Numbered from the stretch's first letter, positions 13,565 through 27,581 are shown. The stretch: DNA of 64,000 nt from Eledone cirrhosa (GCA_964016885.1 OZ024762.1:21328001-21392000), one strand, 5' to 3'. Translations and numbers: made by a program. Notes: generated by a model not told the origin, from the sequence alone.

Positions 13565-14172
13565 CGACCACCACTAACAACAACACCACCACCAACAACA
13601 ACAACACCACCAACAACAACAACAACGCCACCATCAACAACAACAACAGCAACAACACCAACAGCAACACCACCACCACCACCACCAACAACAACACCAC
13701 CAACAACAACAACAACACCACCAACAACAACATCAACACCACCACCACCAACAACAACAACACCAACAACAACACCACCACCACCAGCAACAACAACAAC
13801 ATACCAATTTAGACGCTCGTTAAATATAACGTTATCGGATGGCTGGAGGGTAATAATAGATAAATGACGTAATTAGTTTTTGGTGATAGCGGTGGTGGGG
13901 GTGTTGGTCGTTGGGGAGGGGGGGGGGGGCGTGGTGTTGGTGCTAATAACAGTAGTGGTGGTGTTGTTGGTGTGTTGGTGTGTTGGTGTTGGTGGTGGTG
14001 TGTTGGTGTGTTGCTATTGTTGTTGGTGGTGGTGTGTGCTGGTTGTGGTGGTGGTGGTGTTGTTGTTATTGGTGGTCGTCTGTGAAGGTTGGGGTGGTGT
14101 GTTAGTCGTATTTAAAGAACTGTAATTATCAATTTTATATTATTGATAAAAAAACCATACAAATATACATAC

Positions 14173-14217
<45 letters not shown>

Positions 14218-14242
14218 TACATACACCTATACACACACACGC

Positions 14243-14318
<76 letters not shown>

Positions 14319-16948
14319 TTTAAAAAAAGCTTGTTATAAGAAGTTAGCAACATGTCGTATTCGATCCCACACCGCGACATATTTCGAAAGTGGAAAATGT
14401 TTTCTACGACATGTTGGATTGACTAAAGCTTGCTTTGTGAGTGTGAAATTTGGTTGGAAGAAAAAGTATGGCTGCTAGTTAGAGGGGAACATGTTTCTAA
14501 GTGTGTGTGTATGTGTGTAAGTGATAGACGTAATGGTTTCAGATTTAGGCGCAAGGCCAACAATTTTGGGGAGGAGAAATTCGATTAAATCAATCCCGGT
14601 GCTATATTTTATCGACTTCGTAAGGATGAAAAGTAAAGCCAACCTCCGCATTATTTGAACTCAGAACGTGTAGCGCCGGAACTATATGCCACCATGAAGC
14701 ATGTTGACCGACGCCCTTACCGATATTGCCAATCCACCACCTTTTGTATGATAGACATAATGCGTCACTTGGTTTAAATAATTGTTTCTACTTTTGGCAC
14801 AATGCCAGCAAAATACCCCAGTGCATTACTGGTACTTTGTTTTATCGACTCCGTAAGGATGAAAGGCAAAGTTAATTAACCTCGGCGGGATTTTAACACA
14901 GATCACAAAGGGCCGTAACACTTTACTGCAAAGCATGGTGTCAGACTCCCACCCACTCCCGGTTCTTGAGTGTCTTAATTGAAGTCCACTCCGTTGAGAT
15001 ATTTGGACCAAGTCTCTGGTCCGAAGAATACCTACTCCCTTTTTTCCACCAGTACTGCAGCTTCTAAAAATGGACACCGCGGGTGCTGTACTTTCTTCAT
15101 CTTACTAAGCTATTAATAGTTTTTGTTACAACCTGTGATATGTGGCAAGGTGTGTTCTTTCAATTTTACTGACACAACTAAACTTTTCTACCTGAATCGA
15201 CTGGAGCATCGTGAAATAAAGTGTTTTGCTCAAGGACACAACGAGCTGCCGGGATTCGAACACACGACCCTAACCACTAAGTTACAAATCTTCAGTACAG
15301 AAATGTTCTAAACATAGAAGTTATTCTACTGTAAATAAAATATAATTTATCTCCGTGTTGAGAAAGTGTAGCGCTTTCTAATGTTGTAATAAGAAAATAA
15401 ATCGAACACACGACCTTACGATCGTGAGCCGAAAACCCTAACCACTAAGCCACAATCATTCATAGATTGAAGATATTGACAGATGTTTAAAGAAGTTCTT
15501 TACTTTAACTTTTGTGAAAAAAATAGAAGCTCTAATGTAAAAGCATTGTTTATGACAATGCACTTTCTTGTCTATACTCAATGTTAAACATTATATAAAT
15601 TACCAATTACTTCAAGGTAGTGGGTTGGTAGTATCGGTAGAGGGTCTGACACCATGCTTTACAGCAAAGAGTTACGGCCCTTTATGATCTGAGTTAAAAT
15701 CCCGCCGAGGTTAACTTTGCCTTTCATCCTTACGGAGTCGATAAAATAAAGTACCAGTAATGCACTGGGGTAATTGCTGGACTTGTGCCAAAAGTAGAAA
15801 CAATTACTTAAATTATTTAAATTATCAAAATAAGATCTCCGAAAGAAGAAAGACGGGGAAATATCCTCAAACCGATGACCTATACCGAATGATTGCAACA
15901 GAGTCGACTCAACTAAAGAAACGCAATGTTCAGGGTGGGGTGTTAAACCAGGTGATGGATTAAGCCGCTTACCCATTTGAAAAAAATATTAGAAAAATTG
16001 GAGTTGAGACGCTTCGCAATTCGAAAATTTCTTAGAGAAAGAGTTGCGACTAGAACTCTTTTGTTGGCACTTCGTATGAAAATGTTGTTACAGATGATTT
16101 CGATAATGATGATGATGTTGTTGATAACGTCATTCTCATAATGGTGACGATGTCGCTAACGTTGCCACCTCGATAATGTTGCTAGCGATATTCCTACGGT
16201 GATAATGCTAACGAATAAAAACCTAATTGATTGTATGATAAATGCTTCAAAGTAAGATAATCTCTAAACAGATAGCTAGATAAATGAATAAAAATAATTA
16301 AGTAATTAAATAAATGCACTACGCACAAGCAACCCAATAAATTTATCAACGACAGAAGCGACCTTTTATGTTAATACTACACGGCTTCTCCATTTTCATA
16401 ATGTTTTTGTTTTACTTATGGCGAAATTAAAGTAAAGATGTTTTGATTTTCAGTATTTTTTTTATTACGGTTGCTGAGGCAGGTAATGAATATTTAATAT
16501 CAGTCAAATAATTTATGCAAATCGTTTCAGAAAATAAGAAAATAATAAAAATTCTGCAGTTAGTAAATGGCTCTAATTTAATATTCTAACGCCATTGGAG
16601 GAATAGGATTTACTTTGCAATTAAGCAAAAATTACAAAAGCTTTATAGAAGAAACAGCAGAAAACATTCATAGACACACACTCGCACATATTGTAAATAT
16701 AAATATATATATATTAAACTCCCAGTCGCATACACACACACGCACGCACGCACGCACGCACACACACACATATATATGTGTATATATGTATGTATATATA
16801 TATATATGTATGATAATAATTGTTTCTACTTTAGGCACAAGGCCAGCAATTACCCAGTGCATTACTGGTACTTTATTTTATCGACCCCGTATATATGATA
16901 ATAATAATAATAATAATTGTTTCTACTTTTGTCACAAGGTCAGCAATG

Positions 16949-16984
<36 letters not shown>

Positions 16985-17082
16985 GGCAAACATAGGGATA
17001 CAAAAACAACTAGCGTTATTAAGTTCACGGATTGGATGAAAGAGAAAATAATTTAACACCTATTATATACACACATACATAT

Positions 17083-17121
<39 letters not shown>

Positions 17122-17194
17122 GCTCTTGCACGCATACATACACAATTTATATACACATGTTCACAATTTGTATTGACAATAATAGATATTGATT

Positions 17195-17235
<41 letters not shown>

Positions 17236-17818
17236 GAAGAAGATAATATCAGGAAGTTCGTTCGAATGGGGAATTTGAATAATATGTTAAACGATCCCCA
17301 TTATTTATGCCGAGTTAATATGGAAACAGCGTAGAAAATAGAAGCAATTTGCAGCGGATGAGATCAGATCTGAATTGAACGCTATCTAAACTACAATAAA
17401 CGTTTAAAGAAAATTACAAACCGGAAGAAGAAACATTAAATGGTGAAGTTAATAAAGATGAAATGATATGAAATAGAAAATATTGCTGGAAGCCATTACC
17501 AAACCTCACTTCTGCCATGTTGCTTTATTTATTATTGTCATTATTATTATTTTTATTTTTTGGTAAATAGAAATGTAATTTTTACAAGATATTTTATTTT
17601 AAGAACCAGCTTCATCAAGTGGAATTGTCGTAAGTGCATAAAATTTAATAAACATGTTTTAATGATGTTTTTAACACATATTGACAATTTGTTTCTGAAA
17701 GACAATGTACTGACGAAAGTTCAAACTATTTCTTCCATTTATATTTACCTAAGCGCACAATGAATACATATGTCTATACATTCACGGTTACACACTCCTC
17801 ACACATAATGATGCTTAC

Positions 17819-17850
<32 letters not shown>

Positions 17851-18051
17851 GTGCGTATATCCGGAAAGAGAAGAGAAATGAAGGAGGAGGGGATGAGGAA
17901 AGGAAGAGTAATAAAGAAAAGGAAAGAGAGAGGGGGAGGTAATGTAAAGGTGAGTGATAGAACAGAGAGTGAAATAGAGGCATATATAAATATTTATAAA
18001 TATTGGCATACCCAGGAACGATACCTTAACGGTTCAAGTTTCGCTCCATAC

Positions 18052-18130
<79 letters not shown>

Positions 18131-18189
18131 CACATGCATAAATCGTGAGATAGATAGATAGGTAAAGATACCTATATATATATATATAT

Positions 18190-18597
18190 GGTGGCTGCCA
18201 ACTCGTTTTCGAGTACGGCCACTACTTTATATCCATGTAGGAGAACCCCTACCGATGCACTAAACGAGTGTGACTTTTTAGTCCAGCCAGCGACTTGAAA
18301 ACTCTGGTACAAACACTACACCTGTGACAATTATTGACACATAGTGCTGGGCCCATGGTACCATGTGACGACAAGTGCAGAGAGATCTCCAGATATAAAG
18401 CAATGCCTGTGCCGTGAAGCTTTATAGTGAGCAAAGGCACTGCACAAAGCCAGTCCCACTCTCTTAACCAAGATGATATTTACCAAAAAGAAGAACAAGT
18501 CAACATCATTGGATACCATCCGGGTTGCAGGTGTTATATCAGTTTTCCTTCTCCTAGAATTCTGCCTTGACAAAGGCTAAGGGGTCATCTCTCCCGG
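18190..18597 (-). mobile_element. Internally deleted, non-autonomous RTE derivative (5'-region motif joined to C-terminal C2H2 finger and 3' UTR)
   Basis: Minus strand CTAGGAGAAGGAAAACT motif, then CSVCTRVFKSLAGLKSHTRLVH*, then GGCCGTACTCGAAAACGAG tail; homologous to 58785-59302. Confidence 0.6.
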
Positions 18598-18619
18598 ATA
18601 TATATATATATATCTTCAT

Positions 18620-18672
<53 letters not shown>

Positions 18673-19047
18673 AATATTGGTACCTTTATCTATCTATCTA
18701 TCTGTCTCTCGATTTATGCATGTATATATATATATATATATGTGTAAATGAAGTAATTCCGTCGGAAAAGTCCAGGAAAAAAGAGTGCTCTATGTAAGCA
18801 ACAGAGCTTAATTATTATTATGTAATAAACAACATAAGGCAATTATTCCATTTACCAGTGGTTTCTTAAAAGCAAGAGGTTTTGCTTTCAATCCTCAGAA
18901 TGAAAAAATCCTGGTTTGTTTATTGAATTTGGATCTTAAAAAAACAAAAAAAGCAAGCTATATGAAAGTTAGGCTGGAGAAGGAAGAAGGAAAGGAAAAA
19001 TAAAATAAGACTACACATACAACCACACATACACGAAAAAACATAAA

Positions 19048-19104
<57 letters not shown>

Positions 19105-20419
19105 ACACACACACACACACACGCATACACACACGTTATTCCGGGTTGTATATATATGTATATATGCTACCATGTCATATTTGATTGTGAGCGATGGCTG
19201 TAGTTTAGCGCATTTAATTATTCTAAAGTTCTGTAGCTGTTACCAATTATTAATGCAGCTGCTGTTGTAATTGCTATTCAGCAAGTGTTTTGACCAAAGG
19301 AAGGCACCAAGCGATGTTTGAGATTGACATATACTCTAATCCAATATACACTTGTTGAAATCTTCGTAACGTAAAGCCCGAGGTGAGTACATATAAAATA
19401 TGGACTTCCATCGGTTGCGACGATGAGTTTTCCAGTTGTCCTATCAATGGAACATCCTACTGGCGAGCGTAACATTCAAGTGGCTGAACATTCTATAGAT
19501 ATGTGTGACCTTAACGTAACTCTTTCACTGGAAGATTCTGCATGACGCAGTATGGCCCTTTGAATATCAGAGGGAGATTATATTCGATGGGCTTACAAAC
19601 AGTTTCCGTCTACTAAGTTTCGCTCTGAAGGCATGGGTCGGGTTGAAGGAATGCTAAATGACATTCAAGATTCCTCGAGGTGAGTACAGAAGGAATGGAT
19701 CTCCGTCGATGTTAACGATGAGTGCTCCAGTCGCTCGTTTAACGTAACAGGCCGTTCATGAAATTAACACATAAGTGGTTGAACATTCCACAGACACGTG
19801 TAACCTTAACGTAATTCTCAGGGAGATTCAAATACACGCCATCCAATGGAATACATTTCAAGCTTTACCCACAGTACATGGGTGGCCCCGACACTATGGC
19901 AAACTACACTTGCCCATTATGCCACACAGTAAGATCGAACCCCAGACCTAAACCTAATGATCACGAAGCGAACCTGTTAACCATTCGGCCACGCTGTGCC
20001 CACACTCCAGAATTTATATGTATTTAATTAATTTAAAAATCTCTATGCAAGTGGTAGCTTTTATCGAATAATTGTTGTATAACGTAGGTGATGTTGTAAT
20101 TGCTATTCACGAAATGTTTTAAATAACAGAAGACACCAAACAAAGTTTAAGACTGACATAAACTGTAATTTAATATACAGTTGTTGAAATATTTGTAACT
20201 TTAAGCTCGAGGTGGGTGCAGGTAGAATATGCTGAAATATATATTAAGGAAAAGGGACAAGTGAATACAGACTGAATATTGACTGAGTACTCTTATCTGC
20301 GAACATAACGGAGACGTAGAAATAGTGGAAAATCGCCTGAAGGCTTTACAACACTGATGTATATTATATTAATAATTCCTGCCGTACACTTACGTAACGC
20401 TGTATTAGACACAGTACTT

Positions 20420-21312
20420 CTCTCTGTGCGTGGTTGTCTTTGTGTGTATGTGTTTGTGTGTGCATGTGTGTTTGTGCTTGTGTATGCATGTGTGTGTGTG
20501 TGCATGTTTATGTGTTTGTGTGTGCATGTGTTTGTGTATGCATGTGTGTGAGTGCTTGTGTATGCATGTGTGTGAGTGCTTGTGTATGCATGTGTGTGTG
20601 TCTGTGTGTGCGTGGTTGTCTTTGTGTGTATGTATGTTTATGTGTATGTGTGTGCATGTGTTTGTGTATGCATGTGTGTTTGTGCTTGTGTATGCATGTG
20701 TGTGTCTGTGTGTGCGTGGTTGTCTTTGTGTGTGTGTGTGCATGTGTTTGTGTATGCATGTGTGTGAGTGCTTGTGTATGCATGTGTGTTCCACGTTGTG
20801 TTTCTGTGTATGTATGCGTTTGTCTGTTTGTGTGTGTTTGTCTGTTTGTGTGTGTTTGTCTGTTTGTGTGTGTTTGTCTGTTTGTGTATGCATGTGCGTT
20901 AGTGTTTGTGTGTTTGTGTGTGTGTATGCATGCGTGTTTGTGTGCGTTTGTACTTGTGTAGGATTGTGTGTCTGTTTGTGTATGCATGTGTTTGTGTTAG
21001 TGTGTTTATGTATGCATGTGTATTTGTGCGTTTGTATGTTTGTGTGTGCATGTGTTTGTGTATGCATGTGTGTGAGTGCTTGTGTATGCATGTGTGCATG
21101 TGTATTTGTGCGTTTGTGAGTTTGTGTGTGTATGTATATGTATGTATATGAGTATATGTGTGTGTTTTTGCGTGTTTACATGTGTTTAATTGTGAATGTT
21201 ATGTGTGTGTGTGTATTTAATTCTGTGCATATGTATGTGTTTATGCGTGTGCGTGTGTGTGTGTGTTTCTGTGGATAATTGTGTGTGGGTATTTAATCGT
21301 GTGTGTGTGTGT
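20420..21312. repeat. Degenerate GT-rich low-complexity repeat
   Basis: Recurring TGTGTATGCATGTG units. Confidence 0.9.
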
Positions 21313-21316
21313 GAAA

Positions 21317-22095
21317 CTGGCATGTCAAACTGAGGGTCCTCCGAGGGCCACATGGGTCACATATGTGTTGTCTGAGGGCCACATGGGTCACATATGTGGT
21401 GTCTGAGGGCCACTTGGGTTACATATGTGTTGTCTGAGGGCCACATGGGTCACATATGTGTTGTCTGAGGGCCACTTGGGTCACATATGTGTTGTCTGAG
21501 AGCCACATGGGTCACATATGTGGTGTCTGAGGACCACATGGGTCACATATGTGGTGTCTGAGGGCCACTTGGGTTACATATGTGTTGTCTGAGGGCCACA
21601 TGGGTCACATATGTGTTGTCTGAGGGCGACATGGGTCACATATGTGTTGTCTGAGGGCCACATGGATCACATATGTGTTGTCTGAGGGCCACTTGGGTCA
21701 CATATGTGTTGTCTGAGGGCCACATGGGTCACATATGTGGTGTCTGAGGGCCACTTGGGTTACATATGTGTTGTCTGAGGGCCACATGGGTTACATATGT
21801 GTTGTCTGAGGGCCACTTGGGTCACATATGTGTTGTCTGAGGGCCACTTGGGTCACATATGTGTTGTCTGAGGGCCACATGGGTCACATATGTGTTGTCT
21901 GAGGGCCACTTGGGTCACATATGTGTTGTCTGAGGGCCACATGGGTCACATATGTGTTGTCTGAGGGCCACACATAACAACTAATTGTGTGCGCATTACA
22001 ACTAATATTTATTATTTCATATTACGCTCGCGCTGTAAAAACCTTTGTGCGGGCCGCAAGTGTGCTTGTAAAGGGCCGCATGATTGACACGCCTG
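21317..22095 (+). mobile_element. hAT-like MITE containing an internal minisatellite
   Basis: TIRs CTGGCATGTCAA / TTGACACGCCTG, subterminal GGGCCGCA/GGGCCACA motifs; TSD not recognisable. Confidence 0.7.
21343..21972. repeat. 31-bp minisatellite, 20 full copies plus a partial copy
   Basis: Unit GAGGGCCACATGGGTCACATATGTGTTGTCT, period 31 from 21343 to 21963. Confidence 0.97.
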
Positions 22096-22275
22096 GTCTA
22101 CCCCACGGGTCGCCTGCATTCTATCTCACGTTCTAATAAATCACTCTACCAATTCACAAGCGACCTGTCCTCTCATTTATAGCATTTATAGTGCTTTTCA
22201 ATACTTCTTTCTTTTTCAGTATATTTTATTGAACAACAGTTCAAATCTGTTATAATAATTATTATTATAACATGT

Positions 22276-22306
22276 TAGGGTTAGGGTTAGGGTTAGGGTT
22301 AGAGTT
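22276..22306 (+). repeat. Short interstitial (TTAGGG)4 tract
   Basis: TTAGGG x4 then TTAGAG; more degenerate tracts at 53530-53755 and 54328-54440. Confidence 0.8.
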
Positions 22307-22837
22307 ATAAATAATAAACACACACATAAACATTATTATAACACATAAACATACACACACACACATATTATATAATGAATTACTTTAAAAAAGAACTATA
22401 AAGAGTAATTTGCTTTAATAATCACCAGTGTAAACGTATAAATGGTGAAATAAAATTACGAGATGACAACAGAAAATCTTTAGATGAGATAGATTTTCTG
22501 AAATGTACCTACTTAAATCCCAATATATTTCTATTATTGTCGAAAACATTTGAAATGCGCGGCTGATGATAGATGTAATTCGCTGTCTGTACATTTCATA
22601 TATAATGGTTCAAATTGAAAATAATATACAAGTATGTATACAGTATATAAAAACAAATAACGAAACGAAATTAAATTTCGTTTCGTTTAGCTGGACACTC
22701 GCTGTAAAGTGTCTAGTGAAAAACTCAGTACATGTACATATGTATACATGTGTGTATTTATATGCATACTAATACTTCCGTATACATATGTAGATGTACA
22801 CTTTAACTTAATTGTTTATACAGTATATAGTATATAT

Positions 22838-22869
<32 letters not shown>

Positions 22870-22988
22870 GATACACATATACATATATATATATATATAC
22901 ACACATACACTCATATATATGTACATATATACATATATACACATATATATATATGCACACACACATATATATATATATAAATATACAT

Positions 22989-23070
<82 letters not shown>

Positions 23071-23209
23071 GCATACATATATATACATATATCTATATAT
23101 ATATATATATATACACATGTATATGTATGCATAAATATATGCACATATGTACATATATATACATATATTTACATTAAATACGTATATATATATTTATACA
23201 TATATATAT

Positions 23210-23255
<46 letters not shown>

Positions 23256-23344
23256 GTAGGTCCCGGGTTGAGTCGGGGATAACCACAGTAAGTAAGGTAC
23301 TCAATACATGGCAGAGTAAAAAAAATTTTATTGTATAGAAGGAG

Positions 23345-23391
23345 CTTCTACAGAACTAGTACTGTTTCATTCAGATGAAATCTTCAGGAAG
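23345..23391 (-). ncRNA. Type-I hammerhead motif, family A variant
   Basis: CTTC-CTGAAGA-tTTCatctGAAt-GAAACAG tactagtt CTGTA^-GAAG. Confidence 0.7.
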
Positions 23392-24061
23392 ATTTCATCT
23401 GAATGAAACAGTACTAGTCCTGTAGAAGCTCCTTCTATACAATAATATATATATATATATATGTATATACATGTGTATATATTTCTCTCTCTCTTTCTAT
23501 ATGTATATAAGATTGATTTAGAAACATTATAAAGAACATGAAAGGGTTACGCGCGCACCCCCCCCCCCCCCACACACACACGCACATATGTCTTTCATGT
23601 TCTTCATAATGTGTTTCGAAATATTTTCCTTACTAGAATTACTTCATATACACAATATAAATATCGTGGGAAAACACTTTAGCCGAATTTCTCCAGCATG
23701 CATTTATCGTTAATGTGTTGCCAGAATGTGAACTTCGATGTGCTCTGTCTGTTCACAAATGTTCGATTTGATTAATTTCGATTGATTACCGTAATCAGAC
23801 TGGAAGCAGAAAGAAAATATAATAAAACAAACTAAAACAAAACTAACCAACACAATTTTGAATAGCACTCATAAATGCAAGCATCAACTATAATAATACG
23901 CCATTCATGTTTGAAAAAACGTGCCAACGTATTCTTTGAAAATAGTCTTTCTTACCTCCTCTTCACTGTCACGTGACACTGAACGTAGAGCTTACTACTG
24001 TAATGGCGAATTCACACCAAGACAGGGGGCTAGTAACTGACCTGTTCCAAAGAGACTAATT

Positions 24062-24191
24062 CCTTACTGATGAAGCTGCTCTTAGCCAATTACATAATGC
24101 TTAATAGTATTAACTAATTTCTGTTTACGCGAGTTCCATATGGACTGTCCCCAGCCGGTGGAGTAGCAGAAACTAATGCGTTAGTCCGGGG
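24062..24191 (+). ncRNA. Hammerhead motif with extended stem II
   Basis: CCTTA-CTGATGA-A-GCTGCTCT..~78 nt..GGAGTAGC-A-GAAA-CTAA tgcg TTAG-TC^-CGGGG. Confidence 0.65.
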
Positions 24192-24369
24192 TCTGAGAGT
24201 TAAACTCTATTTACACGAAATCGTTTTTCTCACTGTTTAACGTGTTAGTGTGCACTATACTTTCCATTTGGCTGGTATTTTAATGATACTGGCTTAATTA
24301 AATCATTGAGTGAGTGGAAAATGATCGAAGGTATATAAGTTTTATCCGATGACTTCGTTTCAGTATTGT

Positions 24370-24401
<32 letters not shown>

Positions 24402-24532
24402 GAAAAAGTGAGTCCTTCATCAGTGACCCTCCAACCGTCCTCGGCATTTCATCGCTTTAAGGGCCATATGCCTCAGGTTGGTGCGAACAACGGCTAAAAA
24501 AAGTCGTTGGGACACGTAAATAAAGGGGGACG

Positions 24533-24581
<49 letters not shown>

Positions 24582-24584
<3 letters not shown>

Positions 24585-24845
24585 TGGCGTAGCTAGGATA
24601 AACGGCGCCCATGGCAAGCATCAAAATTGCTTGCTGAACGACCTCTCGTAACTGGCAATTGAAATAGAAATCATCAACATTTTTTGAATGCTGATTCGCA
24701 AATTGGGAAAAACACATTCATCGCCGTATTGTACGATGAACTGGAGAAGTGCTTCCGGCTTTAAAATTGGGTCAGCTGTCCTAGTAGCCAGCAAAGATCG
24801 GCAGTCTAAGATTTCCTCATACAATTGCTCTCCGTCGATGTCGGA
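24582..24845 (-). mobile_element. hAT transposon fragment: C-terminal dimerisation domain and one terminus
   Basis: DIDGEQLYEEILDC..VFPNLRISIQKMLMISISIASYERSFSK matches the hATC motif; terminus CAGTGGCGTAGC at 24582. Confidence 0.8.
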
Positions 24846-25329
24846 GTTGTATAGTTATATATATATATCCTACTATATTAACCTAATATATCCCTTCCAT
24901 ATACTGTACCGATTGTGTAGTTATTTCTGTTTACCCTTTACATACATATGTATATATATATTCGTCTTTGGCTCTTTATTATATATATTGTATATATATA
25001 TATATATGGCTCTTTAAAATTTATCTCCGCATACACAGACACTTGTACACACAATAAATTTATTATCTCAGTCATGCAGCACCAATAAGAAGTTTGTTGT
25101 CCGGTCACAAGGTCCTGAATTTTAACCCTACATCTGTTTTTGTAAATAGTAATTTCTCCAAAGTTACACACAGGCTAATTCTGTATGTCATTTGTAGATA
25201 TATGCTGAACATTTATGTAATAGAAATAAATGATCAAAATAACTTTTTTATCTTTAATCATTTCCACGTATCAGTAGTCAACATAAATTGCAGCGTTTCT
25301 CTAATGCGTTTTCAAAGCTTGTATGATTG

Positions 25330-25520
25330 TCCATATATCCAGTAATCCTGGTATATACGGCATACCAATCCTGGTCTCCAAATATTAATTATTTTCAACG
25401 ACATTTCCATCATTTTAGACGGCTCCGGTCTACTATATCTATCGAAATACACTATTACGGATTTAAGTTTTGGAATCCAGGATTGGTATGTTATATATAC
25501 CAGGATTATTGGATATATGA
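25330..25520. repeat. Inverted repeat, about 52-bp arms
   Basis: CATATATCCAGTAATCCTGGTATATA..CATACCAATCCTGG pairs with CCAGGATTGGTATG..TATATACCAGGATTATTGGATATATG. Confidence 0.8.
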
Positions 25521-26217
25521 AAAATCATAGAAACTGGGAAGTTTGTGTTTTGATAAATTTATGGTTTGCAGCACACACCACAGAAAAAAACATACCATAA
25601 CACACAACACAGCGTGGCATCGCATGATATACTACACACAATACAAAACAACAACCAACCACCCAACCAACTGACTAAAGAAGCAAATAAAAACCAAACA
25701 ACTTTTATTCATTGAGCTTTGGCTCTTCTGTTCTGTTGATTTAACAACACCACCCCGCCCAACCTCACACTTCTTAATATTTCTTTTATCTTTCTATTTT
25801 TTTGTAATATTTTTTTTTTCGTTTGTGAATTTTAAGAAGATCCACCATTACATATAGCAATGCAATCACGCCACACTCAGTTCCAATCTATTATGGCCGC
25901 CAACACCGCTACCACCACCACTAACAACAACAACAACAACAACACCAACGTCGTTATCTTTTCCTCAACTATTAAAATATTTACGAGATGAAAATCTAAC
26001 AAAATCTGTCTCTCCCGTACATACTATTCTGTGTGCGTCTGTATATGCATACACACATGCATACACATACGCACACACACATACGCACCCCCCCCCCCAC
26101 ACACACACATATACATATATGTGTGCGCGCGTATACATATATATAAACATACATATACATATAAATCTCCCCTATCTCTCTCTCTCACACACACTTATAT
26201 GTATGTATATATATATA

Positions 26218-26252
<35 letters not shown>

Positions 26253-26357
26253 CCATATTTAGCTGTCTTTCTATCTATCTATCTATCTACCACCCTACCT
26301 ATCTATGTATCTATCTATCTACCACCCTACCTATCTATGTATCTATCTATCTACCTA

Positions 26358-26935
26358 CCAGGCGTGGCTGATCTGTGGGGCTACGCCGAACGACTGCTGT
26401 CGCGGGTGGTGCCGATTAAATTGACCGCCGAGTCCGTGATAACAATCAAACCGCCTCCCCTCTTCACAAAGGAAGCAAAGGCGGTTTTTCTGTGCGTAAT
26501 AGCCATGTTGAAAGAGGTTGTTTGGTGGACACGATTGAAAGGTCTGAGGTCAGGCAACTTCCTCTCTGGCCATAGTCTGGTCTACTTCTTCCGATATCAC
26601 TTCGGAAGAAGGATAAGAATGGAGAGAGAGGTGCTTGGCCTCGGGCAGTTTTATGAAAGGTGGGTGATAGTGGCGAGAATGGCTCGTGTAAATGGGCCTT
26701 CTCTGTATACCATCCTGTAGGTAAAGAAGTAAAGGAGAGGGGAGCACCTTCTCCATGTGCTCCCCGGGCAAAGGATTGCACACTTTTTCGGGGGTGTGTG
26801 CAACCCCCATCACGTCCCCTCCCTTTTGAGGTTATTTTCGATTATTTTCATGTTACACCCTTTTTACTCGATTATATGTAAACTCCCCCTTTGTATTTGT
26901 CCCTTCTTTTTATGCCTTTATGGTAAATAAAGAAA
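26358..26935 (+). mobile_element. 5'-truncated Tx1/L1-like non-LTR retrotransposon in (CTAT)n
   Basis: Open frame 26358-26720 PGVADLW..KEVVWWTRL..EREVLGLGQFYERW resembles the Tx1 ORF2 C-terminus; 3' UTR with AATAAA; (CTAT)n on both sides. Confidence 0.75.
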
Positions 26936-26956
26936 TATATCTATCTACCTACCTAC

Positions 26957-27004
<48 letters not shown>

Positions 27005-27547
27005 TTATCGATCGATCTATCAATGTATGATTATATAACAGTATGTCTTTCATTACAACATAGTATATACACACATTTATATATAAACATATATATATTA
27101 TGTAATAACATAACAGCTACAACACATTTCTCTCCACAACATTTACACAAGAGAAAGAAAATATGAAAAAAAAGAAGAAAAAAAGAATTAAAGATAAAAA
27201 GAAAATAAAAGAAAAAAAAAGAAATAATGATAAAAAGCAAAAAAAAAAAAGAAAAGTAAAAAAGAAAGAAAGCATTAATGTTGAAAGAAGGTATTTACTC
27301 AGCACTTTAATGCTGACCAAAAATCTATTATGTATGTGTAATTATGGGATGATGTTCCTCTTGCTATTTTCATGAAACACTCAGCTATTATCAGATTTTC
27401 GGATTTACCTAATGGCTATACATTGATTCACGCCACACAGTAAACAATTTAAACACGATCCTTTCTTCACCAGCTTCTTCTTCTTCTTCTTCTTCTTCTT
27501 CTTCTTCTTCTTCTTCTTCTTCTTCTTCTTCTTCCACCATTTTTCTG

Positions 27548-27581
<34 letters not shown>

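Noticed and set aside
21343-21972. CRISPR-like array of 31-bp repeats
   Set aside because: Units are contiguous with no unique spacers, there are no cas genes, and the context is eukaryotic
22276-22306. Telomere or chromosome fusion site
   Set aside because: Only four perfect units and no head-to-head arrangement
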